A DNA stretch of 64,000 nucleotides from Octopus sinensis. Taxonomy: Eukaryota. The notes under the pieces are model-generated. The model had not been told where the DNA came from, did not search any database, and saw only the letters and a list, made by a program, of their open reading frames with translations. Position numbers and translations under genes: made by a program. The stretch spans positions 79,236,001-79,300,000 of the forward strand of contig NC_043002.1 in assembly GCF_006345805.1 (NCBI RefSeq), read 5' to 3'. Of this stretch, positions 39,118 through 52,559 are shown piece after piece (positions within the stretch are counted from its first letter, which is position 1; every line of letters begins with the position of its first letter).

Positions 39118-39156
39118 TCTCTCCCCGACGAAGGATTTTGCCCGAAACGTTAGACT
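39118..39156 (+). ncRNA. Degenerate minimal hammerhead motif
   Basis: CCGACGA-AGGAUUUUGCCC-GAAA-CG-UU-AGA; U4 mutated, helix I weak. Confidence 0.4.
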
Positions 39157-39169
39157 TCTTATCTTCGTC

Positions 39170-39272
<103 letters not shown>

Positions 39273-39487
39273 TGTATAATTTAATCCGCTGTTTGAACTT
39301 TTGGCATATGTGTCTATACATTACGCATGTATGTACGTGTGCGTGTGTATATTTCTATCTATATGCAAACATATATACATGTGCAAATACGGATAGCATT
39401 ACATATATGAGTCTGTATGGTCCCAATTATGTAATTATATATATTGCTGTGTCTTTGCAAACCAAATAAAAAAAACAAATAATTATG

Positions 39488-39520
<33 letters not shown>

Positions 39521-40089
39521 ATTTATATATATATACATACGCATACATATATACTTATATACATACATATATACATGCATACATAATTATATGTATATAT
39601 GTACACACAACATACACATACATATACACTATAGATAGATGGATAGATAGACATATAGATACTTAAATACAAACAAATACACATACATACAGACACATAT
39701 ACATACATACAAAAGTGTGTATGTGGGTGTGTGTTGTGTGTGTATGTACGTAAGTGTTTGTTGTTTGTGTGAGTGTGTGTATTTTGATGTCTTCTCGTGA
39801 GCATATGCATTTTATTACATGCTAAACTTTTGGAATGTTTTACAAATGATCTCAATTCTAATAATGGCATGTAACTGTATTTCCCTAATTAACCGTCTTC
39901 ATTTATTTTCTCATGATTGTTACTGATATAATTTGTTACATGTTATAATACTATAAGTCTGGGTGGAATATCTACAGATTTCGCACCATCAGTCCGCCAT
40001 AACAGCCTCATCCATAATCGTCAGGAGGTACTGTAATTGCATTAATTCTCTTAGCTGCCAATGTCATCGCCTGCAGACATAGACACTTT

Positions 40090-40325
40090 CCTGCTATACC
40101 TTCTACCACCTGTTGACCCAGTCGAATCTTGAGGATATGACAGCTGGAGAAATAAAGGGCGGCAACAGTACTAGACTGCTACTTCATTTTCAGCGGGGTA
40201 GACGAGATCAACATGAAATGAAGTGCCAGTGCCTTGAACAAGGATACAACCTGCCGCCCGCTTCTGGAGTTGAACTCACGACCTTACGATCGTGAGCATG
40301 ATCCGCTAACCACTGGGGCTGGTGT
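40090..40325 (-). mobile_element. Decayed SINE C-like element
   Basis: Minus strand CAGTGGTTAGCGG..CACGATCGTAAGGTCGTGAGTTCAACTCC..TCCTTGTTCAAGGCAC. Confidence 0.6.
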
Positions 40326-40701
40326 CTTATCTTTAATATTATTAAATTTCTAATTAAATTTCTAATAACGTAAATGTTATCAGTAGCATGTATATAGCAT
40401 ATTTGTGTTTTTTATACATCAATTTGCTGCGAGAGAGCGTTCTCTGAAAGCATCCTACACGATGCCGAATGACAAAGAACACTGAATGTCCCAGATCAGG
40501 TGAAACAACTCGCCCCGTGGTGAGCAAGAATGATAGTTATTCGCTATAATTGTAGCTCTTCCGTACCCTAATTTCGACATATCTCGAAACGAAATCTGGA
40601 AAACTGATTTCCGTTACAGCGTATTCTTTCCGTTTCTCCGTTCCATGTCACCATGATTGCATTTTAATAAATTTTTGACAGAAACATTCTCCCGCTACTA
40701 T

Positions 40702-40945
40702 TTAAACCTGTTAATACCAACCTGCCAAAAGACTTTTGTTACAAACTTCTAGTCTTATGTTACAAACTTCTAGTCTTATGTTACAAACTTCTTGTTTTAA
40801 TTTTTTGTAACTGAAAACCTTCCAACGAAACTGCATTTTAATTTATATTACAAACACCACCCCAATAATTCCTACTTCAATATTTTCATAATCAATTAAA
40901 ACAATAGCAGAGTATTTCAACAGAAATATGGTAACAAAACGATTA
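40702..40945. mobile_element. Decayed piggyBac-like MITE with internal 21-bp repeat x2.7
   Basis: Ends TTAAACCTGTTAATACCA / TGGTAACAAAACGATTA; TGTTACAAACTTCTAGTCTTA repeats at 40737-40792. Confidence 0.5.
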
Positions 40946-40949
40946 GTAT

Positions 40950-41398
40950 CAGTTTCAACTTTTGGCACAAAGCTAGTAATTTCGTTGGAAGCGGGTAAGC
41001 TGATTACATTGACCGCAGTGATCAAGTGGTATATATTTTATCGACTCCGATAGGATGAAAGATAAAGTCAACCTCGGCGGAATTTCAACTCAGAGCGTAA
41101 AGACAGACGAAATGCCGCTAAGCATTTTACTTGGTCGGTGTAGTAACGATTCCGTAAGCTCACCGCCTTAACAAAAGGATTAATATTAGTCTCAAATTTT
41201 GGCACCAAGCTAGCAATTTCAGGTCGGTAAGTCGATTATATCAACCCCAGTGTTTGGCTGGTACTTATTTTATTGACTCTAAAAGGGGTGAAAGGCGAAG
41301 TTGACCTCGGCGGAATTTGAACTCAGAACGTAAAGAAGGACGAAATGTTGCTAAGAATTTTTGCCCTGTGCAGTAACAATTTTATAAGCTCGCAGCTT
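40950..41398 (-). mobile_element. Two tandem SINE A copies
   Basis: 40950-41168 and 41190-41398, separated and flanked by TAACAAAA(C/G)GAT. Confidence 0.85.
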
Positions 41399-42098
41399 TA
41401 ACAAAAGGATAAATATTATGATTGAAAATAACCGCCACATCACTGTAATTTCTCATATCTATCTCTCTAGTATAATGCTTTCTACAGATTGCATTATATA
41501 ACTTTTTGATCACAGTGTCATGCCTTATAGATAGAGAGTGTCAAGATGATATTTTCGGACAGCTGCTTATAGTGAAGGCGACATTTTGTGTTAATTTCAC
41601 GGAATCTGCATTGATTGTCGTATATAAGTATTTATTGCAGAAGCATGCCTTTTCTAACGGAGAGCTAATATGCGGTTGTTGGTCCATGCTTATGTCACTT
41701 TGAAGTTTGGGATATAAAAAGAAATAACATGAAAATATATGAGCAAACTAGTTATGAAAGGAAGACAGTAAGTAAGACAAGGGAAGTAAAGAATAAAAGA
41801 AGAGAAGAGAAGGTAGAGATGAGGAACCAGAGAGAGAGAAAGAGAGAGAAGGGGAAAGAAAGAGAGTGGGGGAGAAAGAGAGTGGGGGAGAAAGAGAGAG
41901 AGGAAGAAAGAGAGAAAGCATAGGCAGAAAGAGAGAGAACGTGTGGTGAGACAATGGGGCGTAAGTCGAAAGGAGACTAAGCCTAGGATACACACACACA
42001 CACACACGTACGCACACACACACACACGCGCACACACACACGCACACGCACATAAACACACACACACGCACACACGCACAAACACATAAATGTACGTT

Positions 42099-42146
<48 letters not shown>

Positions 42147-42442
42147 GGTATGTGTTTGTGTCTGTGTGTATGGATGTACATACACTTTTCACCGATACTC
42201 ATCGACAAAAGATAGAGACATCGGTAAAAGAACCAAAAGAAAGGTGTTCTTCAAACGAAGCGTCTGGCGATATTTGTTTCGCGCCGAGTTATATACACTC
42301 CCTTATAATTCTTACCATTAGTGACCGAGACTGCTGGAAACCTCTGATCAGTGACGTTACTGAGCATATAATGCTTTAAATAAAAAGTCAAACATAACAT
42401 TAGATATTATTAGATGTTATACTTAATATTTTATTTTCTTGG

Positions 42443-42756
42443 TGAAGGCGCGTGGCTTAGTGGTTAGGGTAATTGGCTTATGATCATGAGTTCGATCCCC
42501 GGCGGCGAGTTGTGTCCTTGAGCAAGACACTTTATTTCACGTTGCTCCAGTCCACTCAGCTGGCGAAAATGAGTAGCACCTGTAATTCAAGAGGCCGGCC
42601 TTGCTACATTCTGTGTCACGCTGAATCTCCTTCAGAACCTCGTTAAAATTACGCGTGTCTGTGGAGTACTCAGCCACTTGCACGTTAATTTCATGATTAG
42701 GATGTTCCGTTGACCAGATCAACTGGAACCCTCGTCGTCGTAACCGACGGAGTGCC
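42443..42756 (+). mobile_element. SINE family C with TSD
   Basis: TGGCTTAGTGG A-box, GTTCGATCCC B-box, GTGTCCTTGAGCAAGACAC; TSD TTATTTTCTTG. Confidence 0.88.
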
Positions 42757-42779
42757 CGTTTATTTTCTTGCCTTTGTTG

Positions 42780-43055
42780 TGTAGCCCCTGGTCAGTCCTG
42801 ATTGAACAGACATTCTCGTGGTCATGATCTTCCAGTCTAGCCGTTTCAAGTTAAAGATGGCGCATCTATGTGACCACTTGATCTGCTTTTTGAAAAAAAA
42901 AACCCCAGCAAAATTCATATCATTCCCTATCCTTTTGGAAAAGAATAGGTAGGCAGAACTGTAAGCAGTCTTAGGATACACAAAGAGATGGTATGGTCAC
43001 TTCTGGAATACCTTTGATCATAGGTTTGTTGAATCAAGTTCGCCAAGGGCTAAAC
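42780..43055. repeat. Dispersed repeat with diverged terminal inverted repeats
   Basis: TAGCCCCTGG..TGATTGAACAGAC / GTTTGTTGAATCAAG..CCAAGGGCTA; related piece at 4040-4215. Confidence 0.55.
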
Positions 43056-43306
43056 AATAGCAACAGCATCGCCGTGACTGCCCTTTCTTTTATTCAAATA
43101 TAATGCATCTACAGCCTTGTATCATGGGAGGGCCATTACTACAGTAGTAGTAGTAATAGTAGTAGTAGTAGTAGTAATATAATAATAATAATATTATAAA
43201 GATAATAATATAATAATAATATAATAATAATAATAATAATAATAATATAATAATAATAATATAATAATAATAATAATAATAATATAATAATAATATAATA
43301 ATAAAA

Positions 43307-43337
<31 letters not shown>

Positions 43338-43356
43338 TAATAATAATAATAAAATC

Positions 43357-43392
<36 letters not shown>

Positions 43393-43945
43393 GCCCTGAT
43401 GCAGTACCAGGCAGTGGCTCTCATGGCTTCTGATCTTAACTGATTGGAAGTGTTATCATGTACATTGTTTTGTCTTGGTATAAAAGATGGGCTACAGCAA
43501 ATATTCTGCTCAATACCACACATTTGCTCGTCAGTTGTTTGACCTTAACCAGTTGAGCATGTCCCTTAGTGGCTGACGATATGTGCATCTCTGATCACGA
43601 GCAGAAGTAGTGGGGGAGCATCATAGCCATGTGTTGAGAAGGATTCTTTGGGGTTTGAATAATTCACCTCTGGAAACATGGGTGTTTTGTTCAACGTCCT
43701 TAAACAACCCTTATTCAGGGACCTTTTGAGCGGGATGGGTTACTCGATCTGAAGAAAATTCTAAACGGCTCCACCTGCAAGGTCATGTGCTGTTTATCTT
43801 GATATGAGATCACCATGTCGCGCACATATGGTTGTGATGCATGTGCCTGGTGTACCCTTATCAGACGGGTAGTCATGATGGGTATACTGGGCTTCGTATA
43901 TTTTACCCCAGTGTCACTTTGATGGCATGCTCTGCTCACTCACTC
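43393..43945 (-). mobile_element. Non-coding retroposon-like element inside (AAT)n, copy 1
   Basis: Close match to 44088-44532; (AAT)n on both sides; orientation inferred from truncation of copy 2. Confidence 0.75.
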
Positions 43946-43983
<38 letters not shown>

Positions 43984-44030
43984 TAATAATAATAATGATA
44001 ATAATAATAATGATAATAATGATAATAATG

Positions 44031-44086
<56 letters not shown>

Positions 44087-44087
44087 T

Positions 44088-44532
44088 CCCTGATGCAGTA
44101 CCAGGCACTGGGTCTCATGGCTTCTGATCTTAACTGATTGGAAGTGTTATCATGTACATTGTTTTGTCTTGGTATAAAAGATGGGCTACAGCAAATATTC
44201 TGCTCAATACCACAGATTTGCTTGTCAGTTGTTTGACCTTAACTAGTTGAGCATGTTCCTTAGTGGCTGAGAATATGTGCATCTCTTATCACGAGCAGAA
44301 GTAGTGGGGAAGCACATAGCCATGTGTTGAGAGGAACTCTTTGGGGTTTGGATAATTCCCTCTGGAAACCTGGGTGTTTCGTTCGACATCCTTAAACAAC
44401 CCCTATTCAGAGACCTTTTGAGCGGGAGAGGCTACTCGACCCGAAGAAAATTCTAACTGGGCCCCACCTGCTAGGTCATGCGCTGTTAATCTTGATATGA
44501 GATCAACATGTCGCGCACATTTGGTTGTGATG
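44088..44532 (-). mobile_element. Same element, copy 2, truncated
   Basis: Shares the CCCTGATGCAGTACCAGG end at the (AAT)n; lacks ~105 bp at the other end. Confidence 0.75.
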
Positions 44533-44569
44533 ATAACGATTCCGCCAGGTCACCGCCTTAATAATAATC

Positions 44570-44780
44570 ATTTCTATCATAGGCACAAAGCCTGGAATTT
44601 GTGGGTAGGGACATAGTCGATCACATCGACCCCGGTACTTGACTGGTACTTACTTTATCGATCCCGAAAGGATGAAAGGTAAAGTTAACCTCGGCGGAAT
44701 TTCAACTCAGCACGTACAGACAGGCGAAATGCCGCTAAGCGTTTTCCCGACATGCTGACGATTCCGCCATCTCAGCGCCT
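44570..44780 (-). mobile_element. SINE family A
   Basis: Match with family A. Confidence 0.85.
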
Positions 44781-44797
44781 TAATCATAATGGTAATA

Positions 44798-44860
<63 letters not shown>

Positions 44861-45975
44861 TAATGATGATGATAGTAATAATAAATAATAATAGCACTCG
44901 CTGGTTCAATATCACTTATTTATTGTTAGTTAGTCATTTAAATAGCTAACCAACTAATTAAACGATCGTTTGTTTAATTTATTGTTTAAACAATCTATTG
45001 GTAGTTTGTTCGCCAAACAGATATTTAACCGACTTATTTAATAATAAAGAGGTGATATTGAACTAGTGCGTGTGTTTATTATTATAAACATAATGACCCT
45101 TTCAAAACTCAACAAGAATTGTTTCATCACACGATTTCACATCAATTATCTTGCAAACCAAATACAGAAACGATGCATGCACCTAAGACTAAATAATTTA
45201 ATACTCCATTTTTTTAAAATTATAGACAGGAGAATGTGATATAAAAAGGATGTTTAGCTATTATTTCTAGCATGCTGAACGACGAGGCAGACGCACCATC
45301 GTGGGCGGCTTTTGAGATCCGTGTAAGATGGAAGTTCTTTAAATTCTTTGACACCAACATCACCATCCAAAAAAAATGGACCATAGACATACTTCGTTAG
45401 TCTCAGAAATACCTCTAACTGAAACTAAATCTTAGCATTATTGGTATTATATCACTCAAATCTTGACGGCGCTTCAACAGAATGTTTCCTCCAGATTCCG
45501 ATCGTTAAAGAATAGGATACATTACAGATTGTGTATCCAAACCTAATTCTTTTCTGGTTTCTTTCTTCCGCTGCCAAATCACCCTCCCCCTTTCCAAATC
45601 ATCACCGGCAAACGCGCACACACTTACATACAAGCATACGTTTGCCACATATTGGTGAATATTCATGCAACCGCATAGGTCTTTTTACAAAGCTCCTTCA
45701 ATCTCCACCCCACTTTCTCTCCCACTCTCTCTCTTTCTTAGACACACACATGAAAACACGCACGCGCACATACACATCCGATCTTAGTTACCCACACTTT
45801 TACTTAGCCATAAAATTATTATACGGCTGTGTGGTAAGTAGCTTGCTTATCAGCCTCATGGTTCTGGGTTCAGTCCCATTGCGTGGTACCTTGAGCAAGT
45901 GTCTTCCATTATACCTCAGCCCGACCAAAGCCTTGTGATTAAATTTAGTAGACGGAAACTGAAAGAAGCCCGTCG

Positions 45976-46120
<145 letters not shown>

Positions 46121-46221
46121 TCACAATAAGGGTGAAAAAATTGAATATTAATTAATAACATCAATTTAAAACACCAAGTGGCCTAGCGTATAAAAAGACT
46201 GGGATACAGTAAAAATTATTA

Positions 46222-46622
46222 ATACAAGTAATAAGAGAGAGACCACATGTGGTCACTCTAACGCTAGATATAGATCCGCAAAGGGAATCCACCACTAAAG
46301 AATTGTTCTCAAGCATTAATTCAACATGCAAATGTAATCGGCTGTACCGTTCGCCTTTGCTCGGCTTTGTATGGATTTTGGCGTTCGGTTCAGCAAATTA
46401 TATTTTTGATATACTCTACTGAAGTAAGTAAAACTACACAATCTATTAACGATGAAACAATTGTATAGAGTTAATCTATTTTTTCGTTATTTTTCATTTG
46501 TCCTGCTCGCTTACATTCTTGGCGTTTGAATTAATGCTTGAGAACAATTCTTTAGTGGTGGATTCCCTTTGCGGATCTATATCTAGCGTTAGAGTGACCA
46601 CATGTGGTCCTCTCTTATTACT

Positions 46623-46627
<5 letters not shown>
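46222..46627. repeat. ~102-bp near-perfect inverted repeat around a hammerhead-like motif
   Basis: Arms 46222-46324 / 46526-46627; ACUCUA-CUGAAGU...GAAA-CAAUUG-UA-UAGAGU at 46413-46471. Confidence 0.85.
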
Positions 46628-46673
<46 letters not shown>

Positions 46674-46755
46674 TAATATCAAAGGATAATCTGAAATATT
46701 AGAAATTTCCAATTACCTGTGGCCTAGTGTGTAAAAATTACATATTATTCATATA

Positions 46756-46993
46756 ATAATGTACATTTAAACACATAAGAGATCCATCATAGGACTACCT
46801 GAACGCTAGAGAGGACAGTTAAATTCCAAACCACTATTAGGGATAAATTTCGAAGGGGATAAAATAGATGGTAAATGCTATTATTTTTCATTCCCTTCGA
46901 AATGTTATCCCTAATAGTGGTTTGGAATTTAACTGCCCTCTCTAACGTGCAGATAGTCATATGACGGATACCTCTTAGTGTTTAAATGTACAT

Positions 46994-46996
<3 letters not shown>
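46756..46996. repeat. ~103-bp imperfect inverted repeat
   Basis: CAGTTAAATTCCAAACCACTATTAGGGATAA..TTCGAAGGG / CCCTTCGAA..TTATCCCTAATAGTGGTTTGGAATTTAACTG. Confidence 0.85.
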
Positions 46997-47046
<50 letters not shown>

Positions 47047-47583
47047 ATATGTGTTTGTCCTCCCACCATCGCTTGACAACCGATGTTGATGCGTTTACGT
47101 CCCCGTAACTTAGCAGTTCGGCAAAGGGGACGGATAGGATAAGTACTAGGCATACAAAAGAATAAGTCCTGGAGTCGATTTGTTCGACTAAAGGCGGTAC
47201 TCCTGCAGCATGGCTGCAGTCAAGATGACTGAAACAAATAATAGAATGAGAGAATAAAAGAATGCATACACATGACTGATAGATAACATGCAAAAAACAA
47301 AAAAAAAACCCACCAAAAAACAAAGCAAAACCAAAAAAACGGGCGCACACTAATTCAATCTTATGGACAGTCATTTGTATAGACATGAATATATTCACAC
47401 GCACACACACACACACACACACACATGTATGTATATATGTCTGTGTGTGTGTATATATGTATATATATGTGTATATATGCATTATATATACGTGTCTACA
47501 TGCATTATTGATGCATACACATATATGTACACACAAATATGTATATATATATGCATGTACATCTTAGTATATGTGCATATATG

Positions 47584-48781
47584 TGGTTGTCAGATAAATT
47601 TAATTCTTTCCAATGTTATTTGAATCAACACGAAAAATATTTGTATTTTAAAGTTGTAGGGTTTTTTTCTATTTGTATATCTTTTGTTCATCGTTTTTGA
47701 AATTTGAATAGATTTACCTCTTTTCAGACATGACGATGGAGGAAAAAGAAAAAAAAAAAATGAACATCTACTCTTCGCTTTCGGTCAAGATTTCAAAACT
47801 GTCAAATCCGCTCGAGACATTTCTGTGGTGTACGGAGAAGACGCCATTATTAAAAGAACTTTCCCGCTTCACGGCGGGAAAATTTAACTTCACTGAGCGC
47901 ATTTCTGGCCGACCATTTCAGTTCAACGAAGATCGATTGAATGAGTTCATCCACGAAGGAATCTAAGGAATTTACCCAGCAGATGGCATACTTTTATGGT
48001 ACCATTACCGTCACCTTGATTCGATGGGTACGTCTAGAAACTTGGTGCATAGGTACCACACGTTCTGAAAGAAAAGAGAGAAATTCTAGCGCTTCTCTTT
48101 TACAGCCAGTTTGCTTGCTCAGCACCAGGCTACTCATAGACTTAAACTGATCTTCAGATCTTTACCGCATCTTCAGCGGCGATGGAAAATGGTGTCTTTA
48201 CGTCAGTATGAAACAAAAGACAAACAAGCAACACCTCAAGCCAAGTCAGAGCTGAATCAACCAAGACAATGATCTGTGTTTGATGGCACTGGGAAAGGCT
48301 AATTAATCACGAAATGCTTGTAAACAACCACATGATCAATGATGAGTTTGACGACTCAGCGAGGAAATCCAGCTGAAGCAACCCAACCAGCGGCGTGCTT
48401 CATTCACACGACAACGAACACCTCTGTGCTGCTAAGTTGACCAAGAATGCTATTGGAGATTTCTGTTGGGAAGATCTACCGCACCCACCGATTTCTCCTG
48501 ACAGAGCACTTTCAGATTATCTCCTTTTCCGGTTGTTTACCAGTGGTCTACGAGGCATTTCGTTCAATAACGACGTAGAGCTGAAAAAGTGACTCGATGA
48601 ATTCTTCAAGTCAAGACTCGTTGATTGCTACCGTCGCGGCATTGACAAGCTAATGGAACGTTAGCAACAAACTGTGAACAATGAAAGAGAAAATATTATT
48701 GGCTGATTTATGAAAACTTTTTTATGTGAAATAAGGATTAAAATAAACGGAAAAATAAGAACGAATATGCTTGACAACTAA
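47584..48781 (+). mobile_element. mariner (DD34D) transposon fossil
   Basis: SGRPFQFNEDRL, GDGKWCLY, HDN, LPHPPISPDRALSDYLLF, YRRGIDKLMER; many frameshifts; decayed GGTTGTCA/TGACAAC ends. Confidence 0.85.
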
Positions 48782-48884
48782 ATGCATGTATGCGTTTATA
48801 TATGTATGAATATGTATATGTAAGTAATCTGTCTACACACATACAGCATATATATATATATAAAATATATATATACATACACAG

Positions 48885-48946
<62 letters not shown>

Positions 48947-49780
48947 CATACACAGATACATATATACACATATATACGTATATATACATATATGCATATG
49001 TACATACAAACACGCACACACATTACATACATATATGTTTATATATGTGTGTATGTGTTGTATCAATATTCTTGAAATGTGCATTTTAACAATATTGAAG
49101 GGCATACATTTTAATATTTCGTGCTTATGCACGAAATATTCACTGATTTTAGAGCTCCATATTTACCATATAACATTCAACTCCGATTTTTTGCTTACTT
49201 TAATGCAAATATCAAAGGAGAAAAATACATGACATTGTATAAAGTTTATAATTAGCCATAACGAATATTAAAAGCCATATATTAAAAGAACTAGAAAAAC
49301 AAAACAAAAAATGTCATCGATATTTTAAAATCAATGAATAGGACTACATTATTTTATGTACATATGAAAGACGGCTTGAATGACGAGGTAAACGATATTT
49401 GATGACTCTTTAATGAAAACACGAAACTAGTCAGTTCGATCCGCATTTCAAATTAGCGCGATGCTAATGTTATTTATCAGCATATTCTATTTTCATGTCT
49501 TCGATGTACATGAGGATTTTACCGAAATTTATGCAGAAGCTGGGATAATATTTTTATTGACTAACGTAAGTCGTTCAAATTATACACGTTGGTAGAGTGA
49601 GTGGGTAACTGCTCCTCTGTACAAAAATGCAATTCGACTTTGTCTCCGTCACAAGCGATGCGTTTGCGCTTTCTTGGAACTCAACATTCGAAACTTCTTT
49701 GTAAAAGATTCAGGTGTCTCTTTTGTCCCTGCTTCCTCATAGACATTTTCACCTCATCTGCATCATCAAATTATTGTATA

Positions 49781-50320
49781 CCGTAAATCCTCGAGTATAA
49801 TCCGCACTTTTTTCCTTTTCCCAAACTTTAAAGGTCAAAATCCCTAGTGCGTACTATATACGAGGTTAAAAATGAAAAATATTTTCTAAGCAATGTCCGA
49901 GTCTCTATTTGCTGTCCGGCAGTGTTTATCCAGACGCATTTTGTGATGTCGGGCGCGAAAATACCTTAAGCTAAGCTTGAAAGCAATGAAGTCATAAAAT
50001 CATAAAAGAATCATCCATAACTTGCAGTAAGCAACATTTATTAAAATAAAAGTATTCAGAACACAGAATAACATGTAAAAAAAAAAAACAATTTGCAAAC
50101 ATATTTACATTCCCATATAACAGTTAAGAACATCACCATTATTGTATTACGCATGCACGGAAGTGTTTGTTCAACTAGGTGTTGCTGGCTTAATTACGCA
50201 CGACTCCAGGTTAGAGAAGGGGTGTGTATTATACACAAGGTTTATGTTTTTCAGAAGTGCAGCCCCCCAAACTCCCCTGCGTATTATACTCAAGGGCGGA
50301 CTATACTCGAAGATTTACGG
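49781..50320. mobile_element. MITE, same family as 5235-5705
   Basis: Same TIRs, TA TSDs, collinear interior. Confidence 0.9.
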
Positions 50321-50336
50321 TATATATTTATATATA

Positions 50337-50510
50337 GGCGGCGCGCTTGCAGAATCTTTAGCACGCCGGGTAAAATGCATAGCGGCATTTCGTCCGTCTG
50401 CACGTTTTGAGTTCATATTCTGCCAAGGTCGACTTTACCATTCATCCTTTCGGGGTTGATAACATGAGTACCAGTTGAGCACTAGGGTCGATTTAATCGA
50501 CTTAACTACT
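50337..50510 (+). mobile_element. SINE family A
   Basis: GGCGGCGCGCTTGCAGAATC..TTCATCCTTTCGGGGTTGATAA..GTACCAG. Confidence 0.8.
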
Positions 50511-50599
50511 CTTAGGTAAGCGTATATATTAAAAAAAAAATCTACCCCTCAGACAAGCCATGACAAAACCAGTGTGGCAGAATAGGTTCATCAAACCAG

Positions 50600-50690
50600 T
50601 AAAATCTGAAGCTCGAATTCACGGCCTTCACATCAGACCGTGGCTGGCGGAGACTATGCTGAGGCTTCGTCTAGCAGTGGACTGAATACA
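50600..50690 (+). mobile_element. Possible RTE 3' terminus
   Basis: DRGWRRLC*GFV*QWT and GGCTTCGTCTAGCAGTGGAC resemble RTE ends. Confidence 0.4.
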
Positions 50691-50716
50691 GTAACCCAAT
50701 ACAATCCATATATATA

Positions 50717-50758
<42 letters not shown>

Positions 50759-51381
50759 ATATATATATATCTATATATATAATATATCTATATATATATA
50801 ATAATTAAAATTCACAGAAAACAGAAGACGAAGGCAGTTGTAAGAACAAGAAGGTGTATTGGTTTAACACTCGGAAATAATAGAAAAACCTTATACGTTT
50901 CGAGTCTACACTCTTTGACACATACTGACCTAAGACATGTATCTGTGTGCGCGCGCGCGCGTGCGTGTGTGTGTGTGTGTGCGTGTGTGTGTGTGTGTGA
51001 GAGAGAGAGAGAAAGAAAGAGAGAAAGAGAGAGAGGACGCGTACACTTTCTAGTATATTTTTTACTGCATCTTCTGGTGTTATTCTTCAATGACCGTCAC
51101 AAAAGCCAGCTTGCGCATTCAGGCAACCGTATACCCCAGTCTATCCCCCGCCACAATCTCCTGTTCGAGAAACCGATCACACACCGAGGAACGTCCAGAG
51201 TATCGGGCCACTGGATTAGTCTGAACACTCCATTACGTACAACCATGATATTGTGTACTTCTTTCTTCCCTTCATCAAAATCAACGGATATATGAATATA
51301 GATATGTGTATGTATGCACATACATATTATACATACATACATACACACACACATACATACATACATACATACATACATACA

Positions 51382-51415
<34 letters not shown>

Positions 51416-51542
51416 CATACATACATACATACACACACATACACATATATATATATATACCACACACACATTTGTATATATATATATACACCCACATTTA
51501 TATATATATATTTATGAAATATTAAAAATTCATAATGTGTGT

Positions 51543-51615
<73 letters not shown>

Positions 51616-52378
51616 TTACATGCATGTGCATTCAGACACACACACTTACCACACACACGTACGTGCTTCACATAAATTTACATATAACGGTTCCTTTATA
51701 CATACGAACATTTACAAACACACACGCAAAGAACACAACGCATTCACATATACTCACAAATGTATATATACACACACACAGATACATAACCACGCACGAC
51801 TCAACACTTTCACGCACGCACACACACACACACACGCGCGCATACGCACCCTCCCCCCTCACAGTCACTGGCATTTACCAACATTCAGACATACTCACAG
51901 GCACACACAGATGGTATCAAAGCAAAAGGGAAGCTGTAGAAATATTCAGATTGATCGTTTCAAGTCGTGATTGCACGCAACTATTTTGCCAGACCATCTT
52001 TTTGACCTGATATCTCATGCTAACATGTTAACGAGATCTTTGTCCTCTACATCTCATAAATCGCTAGAAGCTTCCATTGTTTTTCATAAGCTCAGCATTC
52101 ATCTTTGATCTTTCAAGATTCTAGCTGTCAAGAAACGGTATCCTTAAGAAACATTCTTCGTATCATTTGGAAACGGTATTTGCGGTTCCATTTCTAAGGA
52201 CTTCTACTTTTCATCTAACTTGAAGTGTACGTACTCGCTATTTTCCAGTATAGCTGCGTGGTTAAGAAGCTTAGCTTTCATGCCATGCGCTCCTGGGTTC
52301 GATTTCACTATCCGCCACTTTTACGGTGAATTAAACAAGTCAACACCGGTGGAGAAATAGACATAAAGGCATACGCAT

Positions 52379-52419
<41 letters not shown>

Positions 52420-52559
52420 CACACGCACACACACACGCGCACACACACACACGTACACACACACCGAAACTGATAAACCGAAACTGCAGAATACACTCGC
52501 ACAGACTGACTGTCAGACAAACAGAAATTTTCGCTCACACACATGCATACATACATGTA

